A stretch of DNA of 64,000 nucleotides from assembly GCA_002269645.1 (NCBI GenBank), contig NIVC01000263.1, positions 297,330 to 361,329 on the forward strand, in the 5' to 3' direction. This DNA is from Macrostomum lignano (lineage: Eukaryota). The notes beneath the pieces were generated by a model. The model was not told where the DNA came from, ran no database searches, and saw nothing but the letters and a program-made list of their open reading frames with translations. A program made the translations under genes and the position numbers. Position 1 is the stretch's first letter. Each line of letters starts with the position of its first letter. This document shows, one piece after another, positions 29,401 through 42,887 of this stretch.

Positions 29401-32400
29401 TGGAGACGCAATGATTGAGAGAAAAAAGCAGATTTTGTGAAAAAAGAGCTCACTGGATCGCTGCAGAAAGGCACCAAGAGCGACATCGAACTGGGCAGGA
29501 CGTTCGCCACCATCCTGGCTGACAGCGAGTTCCGGCAGAAGCTGCTGCTGGCCGAGACCGAGTCAGAGTTCAAGGAGATGCTGCAGGGCCACGCACACGA
29601 GCTCGGAGAGGAGCAGAAAATCTACAGGCGGAAGAGTCTGCGAACTAAGGACTTCATGTCTCAGGCATTCAACTATGTGAGCGGCGCTGCGGCTCTACTC
29701 TACTCCCCACTCTACTCCCACTCTACTCCCGATTCTACTCCCACTCTACTCCCACTCTACTCCCACTCTACTCCCCACTCTACTCCCTACTCTACTTCCA
29801 CTCTACTCCCACTCTACTCCCACTCTATTCCCACTCTACTCCCACTCTACTCCCACTCTACTCCCCATTCTACTCCCCACTCTAATCCCCACTATACTCC
29901 CCTCTCTACTCCCACTCTACTCTCTACCAATGAAGCTACCCTCTCTATCAATAAAGCTACCCTCTATTCCCATGAAGCTGCCCTTTCTACCAATGAAGCA
30001 CCCTCTCTACCAATGAAGCTACCCTCTCTACGAATGAAGCTACCCTCTCTACCAATAAAGCTGCCCTCTCTTCCAATGAAGCTACCCTCTCTACCAATGA
30101 AGCTACCCTCTCTACCAATGAAGCTGCCCTCTCTACCAATGAAGCTACCCTCTCTACCAATGAAGCTACCCTCTCTACCAATGAAGCACCCTCTCTACCA
30201 ATGAAGCTACCCTCTCTACCAATGAAGCTACCCTCTCTACCAATGAAGCTACCCTCTCTACCAATGAAGCTACCCAACTCAATCTACCCCAGGAGAGCAG
30301 CTGGCCCATCTGCAATGGCATCCGAGCGGACTTGAAGCGCCGACTTTCGCACTACCTTTCCGACTTCATTGACGGTAAATTTGATCTAAAAAATTTCCAA
30401 GTCGAACGAAGGACTAGGCTAAATTGTCAAAACTGAATTTCTAATCACACGCCTTTGGCAGCCTTCCGCGACAACAAAACCATCAGGAAAGTGGTGACTA
30501 CTGTCATCTTCTTGTACTTCGCCTGTCTCATGCCCTGCATCGCATTCGGTGTGCTCAACAACAGCCTCACCAACGGCTACATCAGTGAGTCGTTTGGACT
30601 TTTCGCCTTTCAATTCGTGCGGACACTCTTCTTGTCACTTTCGTAGTCTTCTTGTCACTCTTGTGCTCTTATTGTCACTCTTGCAGTCTTCTTGTCACTC
30701 TCGTAGTCTTCTTGTTACTCTCGTAGTCTTCTTGTCACTCTTGTGCTCTTATTGTCACTCTTGCAGTCTTATTGTCGCTCTCGTAGTCTTCTTGTCACTC
30801 TCGTAGTCTTCTTGTCACTCTTGTGCTCTTCCTTTCACTCTTGCAGTCTTCTTTTAACTTTTGCAGTCTTCTTGTCACCCTTGCGGTCTTCTTGTCACTC
30901 TCGCAGTCTTCTATTCACTCTGGCAGTCTTCTTGTCACTCTCGCAGTCTTCTATTCACTCTGGCAGTCTTCCAGTCATTCCCACGACCAGACTTCTCATA
31001 TGAAATCAATCAACATGTTTCTCTCTAAGTGAATAATAAAAAACGAGAACCCAAAGCACTGGCTAAACTATCCCATCTTCGCCACCTCACAGCGGTGCAC
31101 AGGGTGATTCTCTCCCAATGCATTGGCGGCGTCACATTCGCTCTGTTTGGCGGCCAACCTTTGATCATCATGCTGACCACGGCCCCGCTGGCGCTGTACA
31201 CTCACAGTGAGTCCGTCCGCTCAAAGGGGAATCTCCTTTGTTGAATAATTTCCTTATTAGCAAATATTTCTATTCTAATTTCAATTTTAGAGGTTTTCCG
31301 CTGAGATTCGACCGGGAATTCCCTTGAACAGTATAATGGGAATCCCCCTAGTATCGAGATTTCCATGGATACGGCTGCGAATCCATTAATATGATTGGGA
31401 TTCTTTGCGCAGGGATTTCCCCACATAGCTACTGCAAGGAATTTCCCGATATCGGGATGGGATTCCCTTGGAAATCTTCTGGGGATTTCCCTAGATTTAC
31501 TCAGGGATTCCCCACATACATGTAGCTTCTTCTAGGAATTTCCTGATAACGGGATGGAATTCCCTTGGATTCGGCTTGGGATCTCCCTAGATTTGCGCAG
31601 GGATTCCCCAAATAGCTACTGCTAGGAGTTTCCCGATAACGGGATGGGATTCCCTTAGATTCGGGATTTATTTCCATTGACACGAGGCGTATGATTTGAG
31701 ATTCTATGAATTTGCCGGGATTTCCCCGGAGAAACTTGGGGTTTCCTTATGTGCAATTGTCAATTTCCCGACATGCAATTGTCAGAATCCCGACATGCAA
31801 TTGTCAATTGTCAATTGTCAATATACATTGAAGATTATGTGCGAAATACAAGGCGGGACTTTCAAATTGACACTTGTACTATTTCTGCTTCTGTTTCTCC
31901 TTCTGTTCCTGCTTCTAATAAGCAAAGCTGGGCTCCACTCCTTCGCGGACTGGGGTTAGAAAAGTCCATCTGACATATTTATTGGGCATTTGAGAAATTT
32001 GTGCTACGAGTATTGTGGGCATCCTTAAACTTGAGTGAGTCAAATATGACCGGATGTTGCTTCTTTGCTCTGCATTAGCTCGCACTTGAATGAGTTCTAG
32101 TTCCTGTTTGAGAGGCTTTACGAGCTTAATGATGACTGCCTTAGCTTTCAATTTTTTGCCAGACGTATGGAATTTAAAGGATTCTAAGAAATATAGAATT
32201 AGCCTTAAATGCAAGTAATTAATTTTACCTATAAAGTAGATCAGATAAGGAAAGGTACACCAATCAGATAAGCACAGGTACACCAATCAGATAAGCACAG
32301 GTACGCCAATCAGATAAGCACAGGTACACCAATCAGATAAGCACAGGTACGCCAATCAGATAAGCACAGGTACGCCAATCAGATAAGCACAGGTACGCCA

Positions 32401-33093
32401 ATCAGATAAGCACAGGTACGCCAATCAGATAAGGACAGGTACATCAGTCAGATAAGCACAGGTACACCAGTCAGATAAGCACAGGTACACCAATCAGATA
32501 ATCACAGGTACACCAATCAGATAAGCACAGGTACACCAGTCAGATAAGCACAGGTACACCAATCAGATAAGCACAGGTACACCAATCAGATAAGCACAGG
32601 TACACCAGTCAGATAAGCACAGGTACACCAGTCAGATAAGCACAGGTACACCAGTCAGATAAGCACAGGTACACCAATCAGATAAGCACAGGTACACCAA
32701 TCAGATAAGCACAGGTACGCCAATCAGATAAGCACAGGTACGCCAATCAGATAAGCACAGGTACACCAATCAGATAAGCACATGTACACCAATCAGAAAA
32801 GCACAGGTACACCAATCAGATAAACACAGGTACACCAATCAGATAAAGACATACAGACATAAAAGAAGACAAAACTACAATGGGCATTCATCAGTGTGAA
32901 TAAGAGTACACTGGAATGGGAGAAAAATTAGGGGAACACATCGTCGTCATAATAGGAAGAGTTTTCTGAATAATTGATGAAGTTCGAGCCCAGTACCACC
33001 TCTTGATAATTTGACAATTTCATTTTTCTATCTGCACTCGGCGCTCGGTTCGTCAGACTTTTTCGCCATAATCTGTCAATAAAAGTCCAACGT

Positions 33094-33152
<59 letters not shown>

Positions 33153-36100
33153 TCTCTGCTCTCAGCCGGCACTGCTCAACTGCATGGCTTCCGAAGCAAA
33201 GTGTGGAATTGAAAAACAGACAAGTCTCACAGTTGCAGACAGACTTCTCAAACACAGACAGACTAAGGGTGGGTGAGGGAAGCTGAGTTGGAAGCCTCAT
33301 CGTGAGACGCGACCATTTGCATTCAAATTGCCTGCCTCTGCGCTGGCTCTGACAGGCCAGTCTGCCTGAGCTCAGCTCCGCAGGAGAACAGGGACTTCAG
33401 GACTCTTTTCAAAGCCGCTATTTTGTACTTTTAAAGCTAGCGATATTTTCCTTTCGACATCCGCAATGGTGTTCTGAAGTTTCGAACCCGCTGAGCTTCT
33501 CAAAGTGCACTCAAGACAACCGAAAATCCAAAACCGCCGCCAACAACCCCCCACCGCAGTAATTTTCGAGCTCAGCCAAAATCACGGCTTGGATTTCTTC
33601 GCCTTCTTCGGCTGGGTTGGCGCCTTCAATGCGGCCCTGCTGCTGCTCTACGCTGTGCTGGACCTCAGCAAGCTGATGCGCTGGTCCACCCGCAGCACCG
33701 AGGAGATCTTCGCCATGTTCATCTCGGTGGCCTTCACCGTGGAAGCCGTGAAGAGCGTCTATGGCAGTGAGTGGGGCAGACAGACAGACAGACAGACAGA
33801 CACTAAGACAGACACCAAGGCAGACACTAGGACAGACACTAAGACAGACACTAAGGCAAACACTAAGACAGACACTAAGGCAAACACTAAGACAGACACT
33901 AAGGCAGACACTAAGACAGACACTAAGGCAGATACTAAGACAGACACTAAGGCAGACACTAAGACAGACACTAAGACAGACACTAAGACAGACACTAAGA
34001 CGGACACTAAGACAGACACTAAGAAAGACACTAAGGCAGACACTAAGACAGACACTAAGGCAGACACTAAGACAGACACTAAGGCAGACACTAAGACAGA
34101 CACTAAGGCAGACACTAAGACAGACACTAAGGCAGACACTAAGAAAGACACTAAGGCAGACACTAAGACAGACACTAAGGCAGACACTAAGACAGACACT
34201 AAGGCAGACACTAAGGCAGACACTAAGACAGACACTAAGAAAGACACTAAGGCAGACACTAAGACAGACACTAAGGCAGACACTAAGACAGACACTAAGG
34301 CAGACACTAAGACAGACACTAAGGCAGACACTAAGAAAGACACTAAGGCAGACACTAAGAAAGACACTAAGGCAGACACTAAGACAGACACTAAGGCAGA
34401 CACTAAGACAGACACTAAGGCAGACACTAAGGCAGACACTAAGGCAGACACTAAGACAGGCACTAAGACAGACACTAAGGCAGACACTAAGACAGACACT
34501 AAGACAGGCACTAAGACAGACACTAAGGCAGACACTAAGGCAGACACTAAGACAGACACTAAGACAGACACTAAGACAGACACTAAGACAGACACTAAGA
34601 CAGGCACTAAGACAGACACTAAGCCAGACACTAAGGCAGACACTAAGACAGGCACTAAGACAGGCACTAAGACAGACACTAAGACAGACACTAAGACAGG
34701 CACTAAGACAGACACTAAGGCAGACACTAAGACGGACACTAAGACAGACACTAAGACAGACACTAAGACAGACACTAAGACAGACACTAAGGCAGACACT
34801 AAGGCAGACACTAAGGCAGACACTAAGACAGACACTAAGGCAGATACTAAGACGGACACTAAGACAGACACTAAGACAGACACTAATACAGACACTAAGA
34901 CAGACACTAAGGCAGACACTAAGACAGACACTAAGACAGACACTAAGACAGACACTAAGGCAGACACTAAGACAGACACTAAGACAGACACTAAGGCAGA
35001 TACTAGGACGGACACTAAGACAGGCACTAAGACAGACACTAAGACAGACACTAAGACAGGCACTAAGACAGGCACTAAGACAGGCACTAAGACAGACACT
35101 AAGACAGACACTAAGACAGGCACTAAGACAGGCACTAAGACAGGCACTAAGACAGACACTAAGACAGACACAAAGGCAGATTTACAATTTGAATAATCTA
35201 GAAGGGCATTTAAAAATCCTCTCCAGATTTTGACACCTACTACTGTGATGGAAACGGAGGCGCCGAAACCAACGGCGGCAACTTGACTTCCGGCTCGGAC
35301 AAGTGGGGTCCAAACCTGACTCTGGATAGCCAATCAGCATTGAATGGGAGCAGCTCAGTCGGCCAAAAACAGCAGAACTGCCAGAGAGACGTCAGCATCC
35401 TGTTTCTGCTTCTGTGCATTGGCACCGTGTTTCTGTCCATGTACCTGCTCAACTTCACCAAGACGTAATTACACGATGGATTGCTAATCTAGCCAACATC
35501 ACATGTGAAGGAATGGAATGGATTGCTAATCTAGCCAACGTCATATGTGAAGGAATAGAATGGATTGCTAATCTAGCCAACGTCATATGTGAAGGAATAG
35601 AATGGATTGCTAATCTAGCCTACATCATATGTGAAGGAATAGAATGGATTGCTAATCTAGCCAATATCATATGTGAAGGAATAGAATGGATTGCTAATCT
35701 AGCCAACGTCATATGTGAAGGAATAGAATGGATTGCTAATCTAGCCTACATCATATGTGAAGGAATAGAATGGATTGCTAATCTAGCCAACATCATATGT
35801 GAAGGAATAGAATGGATTGCTAATCTAGCCTACATCATATGTGAAGGAATAGAATGGATTGCTAATCTAGCCAACATCATATGTGAAGGAATAGAATGGA
35901 TTGCTAATCTAGCCAACGTCATGTGTGAAGGAATAGAATGGATTGCTAATCTAGCCAACATCATATGTGAAGGAATAGAATGGATTGCTAATCTAGCCAA
36001 CATCATATGTGAAGGAATAGAATGGATTGCTAATCTAGCCTACATCATATGTGAAGGAATAGAATGGATTGCTAATCTAGCCAACATCATATGTGAAGGA

Positions 36101-39100
36101 ATAGAATGGATTGCTAATCTAGCCTACATCATATGTGAAGGAATAGAATGGATTGCTAATCTAGCTAACGTGGATCATTGCATCGAATTAATATTTTTAA
36201 TCTATCGGACAAATGAAAAGTCAATGCGAAAAAGAGATTTCTCCTAATCTGATATCTTTTCGGTTGGGAAATTTCAAGCTCAATCCCGAGTCCCAGCAAC
36301 ATTCTGTCGGGCTGATCCCCCAGAGCTGGTTTGCTAATCTCCCCCCCCCCGTCTCCCTCCAAAAATCTGACAGGCAATCTCCTGGGCGGATCGAAAATCC
36401 CTGACTAATCGTACCGGGATGCCATCCATTATTGTCATTCGGCCCTTCTTCTCCCCTCCAACTACCTTCGAGTTGCAATTAGTCCCAGTTAGATTTAGAA
36501 ATTCGTGCTCGAAAGAGTGAGTCAGGACCGAAGGGGGGGAGTGGAGAGAGAGAGAGCTGCCTGACGCCCGCTGTGTGCACTCTTATTTCGCCAGGCCCTA
36601 CTTGAACCGAGCCAAGCGAGAGCTCATGGCCGACTTCTCACTGCCGGTGTCCGTGCTGGCGATGTCGTTCGTTGGCACTTACCTGTTCAGGAATGTCCAG
36701 CGTGAGTTAAGAATCGATTTTTAATGCACTTTTGGCTGCCGCATTTGACGCCTTTTTCGCTCTCTTAACGCCTTCTGACAACATGTTTGACAACATTTTT
36801 AAAAACATTTAAAATTAGCAATTTCAAAGACAGACAGATAGAAAGCTCTCAATTTCTGAGGTTCCATTCATGTCGTATTCATAAGCCTGGACCACACTCT
36901 TTTTGTAGCTCCGTCGAAACGTCACACAAGAATGTACATTCAGATCGAAGTAAAGCAAGATTTGGGGGTAGGAAAACAAGTCACAATGTACATTGAATGT
37001 ACATTCTAGCCGCGGCTAATTTAATCGCAAGGCGGGGTGAGGGGGATCGCGGGGAGCTACCCGCGGAGCATTGCACGGACTAGGACGGGGGCTGCACTGG
37101 ACTAGTCCTTACCCCTCACCCCTCACCCCTCACCCCTCACCCCTCACCCTCACACCTCACCCCTCACCCCTCACCCCTCACCCCTCACTCCTCACCCCTC
37201 ACCCCTCACCCCTCACTCCTCATCCCTCACCCCTCACCCCTCACCCCTCACACCTCACCCCTCACCCCTCACCCCTCACCCCTCACCCCTCACCCCTCAC
37301 CCCTCACCCCTCACACCTCACCCCTCACCCCTCACCCCTCACCCCTCACCCCTCACCCCTCACCCCTCACCCCTCACCCTCACACCTCACCCCTCACCCC
37401 TCACACCTCACACCTCACCCCTCACCCCTCACCCCTCACCCCTCACACATCACCCCTCACCCCTCACCCCTCACCCCTCACCCCTCACCCCTCACCCCTC
37501 ACCCCTCACCCCTCACCCCTCACACCTCACCCCTCACCCCTCACCCCTCACCCCTCACCCCTCACACCTCACCCCTCACCCCTCACACCTCACCCCTCAC
37601 CCCTCACCCCTCACACCTCACACCTCACCCCTCACCCCTCACCCCTCACCCCTCACACCTCACCCCTCACCCCTCACCCCTCACCCCTCACCCCTCACAC
37701 CTCACCCCTCACCCCTCACACCTCACCCCTCACCCCTCACCCCTCACCCCTCACACCTCACACCTCACCCCTCACCCCTCACACCTCACCCCTCACCCCT
37801 CACACCTCACACCTCACCCCTCACACCTCACACCTCACCCCTCACCCTCACACCTCACCCCTCACCCCTCACCCCTCACACCTCACACCTCACACCTCAC
37901 CCCTCACTCCTCATCCCTCACCCCTCACCCCTCACCCCTCACCCCTCACTCCTCATCCCTCACCCCTCACCCCTCACCCCTCACCCCTCACCCCTCACCC
38001 CTCACCCCTCACCCCTCACCCCTCACCCCTCACCCCTCACCCCTCACCCCTCACACCTCACACCTCACCCCTCACCCCTCACACCTCACCCCTCACCCAC
38101 CAAACTAGGTGGGTAATTTTACGTTACTGGAATCTCTATCTAGCTCGTAGTCAGCGGCCGTTAGGTAGCGTAGAGTGTTAAGGGAGAGTGTTAAGATAAG
38201 CGAATCGCGGCACCCCCAATCCCGCAGTGGAAAAGTTCTCGTGCCTGCCCTACATCCAGCTGGAGTTCGTGATTGCCAGACCCCTGCCAGGCCTGGCCAT
38301 TCTGGGCGCTTTCGGTTTGGCAATTCCGCTATCTATGCTGTTCTTCATGGAACAGAACATCAGCTCGGCTATGGTGAATTGTCCGGCCAACAAGTGAGAG
38401 ACCTTATTTTGCTTGTCTGTGACCTTTGCTTGCAGGGGCGCGTATTTTGTTGTTTGTTGTTGTTGTTATCAATAGAGTTTAGTTTATATCTGAGATAAAT
38501 TCCGGCCCGCGAAGCCTCGGGTCCTTGAAACTTCACAATAGCAATCCGGCCGCTCATGGTTCGTGTCTCTTTGCAGCTGTCTTCTCCTCTCTAATAATCT
38601 CTTCTCTTTTCTCTCCTCTCCTCTCCTCTTTCCTCTCTCCTCTCTCTCTCTCTCTCCGCTCTGCTCTTCTATCTCTCTCTTCCCTTGCCTCTCCTTCCTC
38701 CTGTCCTCTCTTCTCTCTCCTCTTCTCTCCTCATCTCTCCTCTTCTTTTCTCTCCACTCCTCTCCCCTCCTATCTCCTCTCCTTCTATCTCTCTTCTCTC
38801 TTCTCTATTTTGTCTGACCCTCTCCTCTCTCTCCTCATCTGGCCCGCAATCATGCACTGGATTTTCTATCTTGGCCCTTGAGGTAAAAAACTTTGCCGAC
38901 CCCATGTATAGATAGACTACGCCTCCTCCGTGAGTCACTTTTGACAATAATAATGTTGATTAATACTTGAGTCATTCTAAATAATTTAGCCTGAAGTTAC
39001 AGAAATAAACGGATGTTATCTGATACTTTCCGACCTACAGCTCGTTTCTAAGAAAGTCGAGGAGTAGCGTCCTTGTAATCGAACCTGGGCCGTCCATTTC

Positions 39101-42100
39101 TTATTATTATCCAGGCTGCGCAAGGGTTCCGCTTATCACCTGGACCTCTTGACCGTGGCGCTGATGAACGGAGTCATGTCCTGTTTCGGCTTACCCTGGG
39201 TGCACGGCGCCCTGCCGCACTCGCCGCTGCACGTGAAAGCTTTGGCCGACCTTGAGGAGCGAATCGACCTTGGCCAGCACGTGCACCAGAGGTGACCGGG
39301 GGCGGGGAGGCGGGCATTGGTTGGCAGTTGCTTCCAGACTGGGCTAGCTAACCACCTGTAAACCGCTGAAACAGACTACTCACCAATCTACGAGCTGGCC
39401 TAGTAATCTGCCAACTACCCAACCAATCTGCCAACTACCCAACCAATCTGCAAACTACCCAACCAATATGCCAACTACCCAACCAATATGCAAACTACCA
39501 AACCAATCTGCAAACTACCCAACCAATATGGAAGCTACCCAACTAATCTGCAAACTACCCAACCAATATGCAAGCTACCCAACTAATCTGCAAACTACCC
39601 AACCAATATGCAAGCTACCCAACTAATCTGCAAACTACCCAACCAATATGCAAGCTACCCAACCAATCTGCAAACTACCAAACTAATCTGCAAGCTACCC
39701 AACCAATCTGCAAACTACCCAACCAATATGCAAGCTACCCAACTAATATGCAAACTACCCAACCAATCTGCAAACTACCCAACCAATCTGCAAACTACCC
39801 AACCAATCTGCAAACTACCCAACCAACTGCAAACTACCCAACTAATCTGCAAACTTACCAAACCAACTGCAAACTACCCAACTAATCTGTAAACTTACCC
39901 AACCAACTGCAAGCTACCCTTGCCACCATTTCAGCGTCGTTCGAGTCCGCGAGACCCGGATCACCGGAGTTGTTTCAAATGTTCTGATCGGCCTGTCGCT
40001 ACTGATGTGCCCGGTGCCGCTCAGCTTCATCCCGGTCCCGGTGCTGGACGGCCTGTTCGTCTGCATGGCCATCACCGCCCTGTTCGACAACCAGCTGTTC
40101 GAACGGATCCTGCTGCTGTTCACTGAACAGGTAAACCGGGGGACAGGTGTTTGCAGTCAGAGGCATATAACAGGTATTAAAGCATCTAGGTCAGGGGGTC
40201 AACCGGCCCGCGATGCCTCTCTATCCGGCGTTCGGGTCCTTTGACACTTCACAATAGCAAGCCGGCCCTCGGGTCCTTTGAAACTTCACAATAGCAAGCC
40301 GGCCCTCGGGTCCTTTGACACTTCACAATAGCAAGCCGGCCCTCGGTCCTTTGAAACTTCACAATAGCAAGCCGGCCCTCGGTCCTTTGAAACTTCACAA
40401 TAGCAAGCCGGCCCTCGGGTCCTTTGACACTTCACAATAGCAAGCCGGCCCTCGGGTCCTTTGAAACTTCACAATAGCAAGCCGGCCCTCGGGTCCTTTG
40501 ACACTTCACAATAGCAAGCCGGCCCTCGGGTCCTTTGACACTTCACAATAGCAACCCGGCCCTCGGGTCCTTTGACACTTCACAATAGCAAGCCGGCCCT
40601 CGGGTCCTTTGACACTTCACAATAGCAAGCCGGCCCTCGGGTCCTTTGACACTTCACAATAGCAAGCCGGCCCTCGGGTCCTTTGACACTTCACAATAGC
40701 AAGCCGGCCCTCGGGTCCTTTGACACTTCACAATAGCAAGCCGGCCCTCGGGTCCTTTGACACTTCACAATAGCAAGCCGGCCCTCGGGTCCTTTGAAAC
40801 TTCACAATAGCAAGCCGGCCCTCGGGTCCTTTGACACTTCACAATAGCAAACCGGCCCTCGGGTCCTTTGACACTTCACAATAGCAACCCGGCCCTCGGG
40901 TCCTTTGAAACTTCACAATAGCAAGCCGGCCCTCGGGTCCTTTGACACTTCACAATAGCAAGCCGGCCCTCGGGTCCTTTGACACTTCACAATAGCAACC
41001 CGGCCCTCGGGTCCTTTGACACTTCACAATAGCAAGCCGGCCCTCGGGTCCTTTGACACTTCACAATAGCAACCCGGCCCGCTCAAGGCTTATGTCTGTT
41101 CTCAGCTCTCTTCTCTTTCCTCTCTCCCTTCTCTCTCCTCTCTTCTCTTCCCCTCTTTTCTTATCTTATCTCTTCTCTCTTCTCTCTTCCCTCATCCCAT
41201 CTCTAGCCCTTCCTCTCCCCTTTAATCTCTCATCTTCTATTCCTTCTTCCTTCCTCTCTCATCTGGCCCGCAGCCATGAGCTGGATTCTTTATCTGGCCT
41301 TTGATGCAAAACAATTTTCCCACCCCTGATCTAGTTATAAATAACTAAAGCAGGTAACTAGAACAGGTAACTAGAACAGGTAACTAGAACAGGTAACTAG
41401 AACAGGTAACTAGAACAGGTAACTAGAACAGGTAACTAGAACAGGTAACTAGAACAGGTACTAAAGTTTAAGCGCACTCCCATGATGCATCCCCAGGCCG
41501 CTTACCCACCGTCGCACTACCTGAGGCGGGTCCCGCAGCGCAAGGTGCACATTTTCACCTGCCTGCAGCTGCTGCAACTCTTTGTCCTGTGCGCCCTTGG
41601 ATTCAACAGCATCGCCTACGCCAAGCTCGGCTTCCCCGTCATCCTGTTTTTGCAGATGCCTGTCAGGTAAGGTCAACTGCCGGGGTGACGCTATCGGTGC
41701 TTTGGCATCTTTACACTCAATTTGGCGCTTAGACACCCACATTGGCCCTTAGACAGCCACATTGGCGCTTAGACACCCACATTGGCGCTTAGACACCCAC
41801 TTTGGCGCTTAGACACCCACTTTGGCGCTTAGACACCCACATTGGCGCTTAGACACCCACATTGGCGCTTAGACACCCACTTTGACGCTTAGACACCCAC
41901 TTTAGCGCTTAGACAGCCACTTTGACGCTTAGACACCCACTTTAGCGCTTAGACAGCCACATTTGCGCTTAGACACCCACATTGGCGCTTAAACACCCAC
42001 ATTGGCGCTTAGACACCCACTTTGGCGCTTAGACACCCACTTTGGCGCTTAGACACCCACATTGGCGCTTAGACACCCACTTTGGCGCTTAGACACCCAC

Positions 42101-42431
42101 TTTGGCGCTTAGACACCCACTTTGGCGCTTAGACGCCTACTCTGGCGCTTAGACAGGTCTACTTTGGCGCTTAGACACCTACTTTGGCTCTTAGACATGT
42201 CTAATTTGGCGCTTAGACACCTACTTTTCGCGCTTAGACACCTACTTTGGAGTTTAGACACTCAATTTGGCAGCAAAATCAGCTCCCCAGCAACCAGGGG
42301 TCCTAACCATGTATCCTAATCTGTATCTGAATCATATATCTGCATAACCCCTGCCTGACATTCCTAGGCACCTCCTCATACCAAAGCTAATTGATGAGAA
42401 CTATCTGGATGCCCTGGACAAACCAATGTAA
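25933..42431 (+). CDS. SLC4A11: SLC4A11-like (BTR1/NaBC1) bicarbonate-transporter-family membrane protein, 16 shared coding exons (~800 aa, plus an upstream N-terminal exon)
   Basis: Exons read with consistent AG/GT sites and phases: 25933-25970, 26060-26363, 27664-27748, 28612-28735, 29467-29676, 30293-30374, 30462-30584, 31093-31206, 33560-33766, 35227-35464, 36595-36701, 38228-38393, 39115-39291, 39935-40130, 41497-41666, 42368-42431 (TAA). They total 2405 nt, +1 nt from an upstream phase-1 exon = 802 codons. Family motifs: [174 protein letters not shown]. Confidence 0.92.
26995..27440. repeat. ~22-bp repeat AAAGGAAATGGCGCCCCTTGTC
   Basis: Degenerate tandem units with a GGCGCC palindrome. 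Confidence 0.85.
27773..28482. repeat. (AAC/ATC)n trinucleotide-type intronic repeat
   Basis: Direct reading; lies between SLC4A11 exons. Confidence 0.9.
28752..29402. repeat. 15-bp minisatellite GGGAGATCAAGGGAT
   Basis: Period 15. Confidence 0.92.
29695..30275. repeat. Compound repeat: CTCTACTCCCCA-like tract followed by 21-bp CTCTACCAATGAAGCTACCCT
   Basis: Direct reading. Confidence 0.88.
30625..30975. repeat. 20-bp degenerate repeat CTTCTTGTCACTCTCGTAGT
   Basis: Period about 20. Confidence 0.82.
32262..32848. repeat. 23-bp minisatellite ACACCAATCAGATAAGCACAGGT
   Basis: About 25 copies. Confidence 0.92.
33778..35180. repeat. 12-bp minisatellite GACACTAAG(A/G)CA
   Basis: About 115 copies. 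Confidence 0.94.
35476..36170. repeat. 42-bp minisatellite TGGATTGCTAATCTAGCCAACATCATATGTGAAGGAATAGAA
   Basis: About 16 copies starting ~11 nt after a donor. Confidence 0.92.
37110..38100. repeat. 7-bp repeat CCCTCAC
   Basis: Direct reading. Confidence 0.93.
38505..38905 (+). mobile_element. Second, unexpanded copy of the same hAT-like MITE family
   Basis: Shares CCGGCCCGCGA, one copy of GGGTCCTTGAAACTTCACAATAGCAA.CCGGCC, a CT-rich core, CTCATCTGGCCCGCA and a TTTGCCGACCCC end with the 40192-41328 element. Left end uncertain (perhaps CAGGGG at ~38433). Confidence 0.6.
39400..39915. repeat. 20-bp minisatellite AACCAATCTGCAAACTACCC
   Basis: Period 20. Confidence 0.9.
40192..41328 (+). mobile_element. 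Non-autonomous hAT (Charlie-like) MITE containing an internal 37-bp minisatellite
   Basis: Ends CAGGGG...CCCCTG; 8-bp target duplication ATCTAGGT (40184-40191) / ATCTAGTT (41329-41336); subterminal CGGCCCGC motifs. Confidence 0.75.
40234..41082. repeat. 37-bp minisatellite GGGTCCTTTGACACTTCACAATAGCAAGCCGGCCCTC inside the hAT MITE
   Basis: About 23 copies. Confidence 0.93.
41349..41460. repeat. 13-bp repeat GAACAGGTAACTA
   Basis: About 8 copies. Confidence 0.88.
41722..42255. repeat. 20-bp minisatellite TTGGCGCTTAGACACCCACA
   Basis: Period 20. Confidence 0.9.
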
Positions 42432-42881
42432 CGGAGAAGCCAGTGCAAAGTCAGCCGCAAATATTTCAACAAAATCTAGCTAATAATTATTATCAACGAG
42501 CTGTGCCGCCCGATCGAATCCCGGCTTCATATTTTATTGTAGATTTTCCCTGAAAAATGAAAAATTGAAATCTTTGTATGTAGAAGCCATATGACATGTG
42601 ACATATGAAGCCATATGACATAGGACAGAAATCCTTTCAAGCATGACTGTGAAAGTGAATCAGTTAGCAACAAAAATTTAGTACAAATTGCAATAACTTT
42701 ACATTTAAATTTGCTTCACAGATGCTTACAAGTAGTGTGTGTTGTCAATTATTTTGGTTCAATTGTCTTATAATTTGAACTCTTTGCTAAAGTGTATGCC
42801 ATATTAGTTTGTTTGTGTTCCTGTCTGGCAGAATGTGTTAAGCCTGCCGACTCTGTACTTTCTTTGTGAAAGTTGAACAAA

Positions 42882-42887
42882 AATAAA
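42882..42887 (+). promoter_or_regulatory. Candidate polyadenylation signal of the SLC4A11-like gene
   Basis: AATAAA about 450 nt after the stop codon, in an AT-rich 3' UTR-like region. Confidence 0.35.

Noticed and set aside
31915-32286. Minus-strand 123-aa ORF as a LINE ORF1 remnant
   Set aside because: No diagnostic motif recognised.
33505-35333. 563/524/490-aa ORFs (DTKT/VSVL/RQTL)
   Set aside because: A real exon (33560-33766) read through into an intronic 12-bp array.
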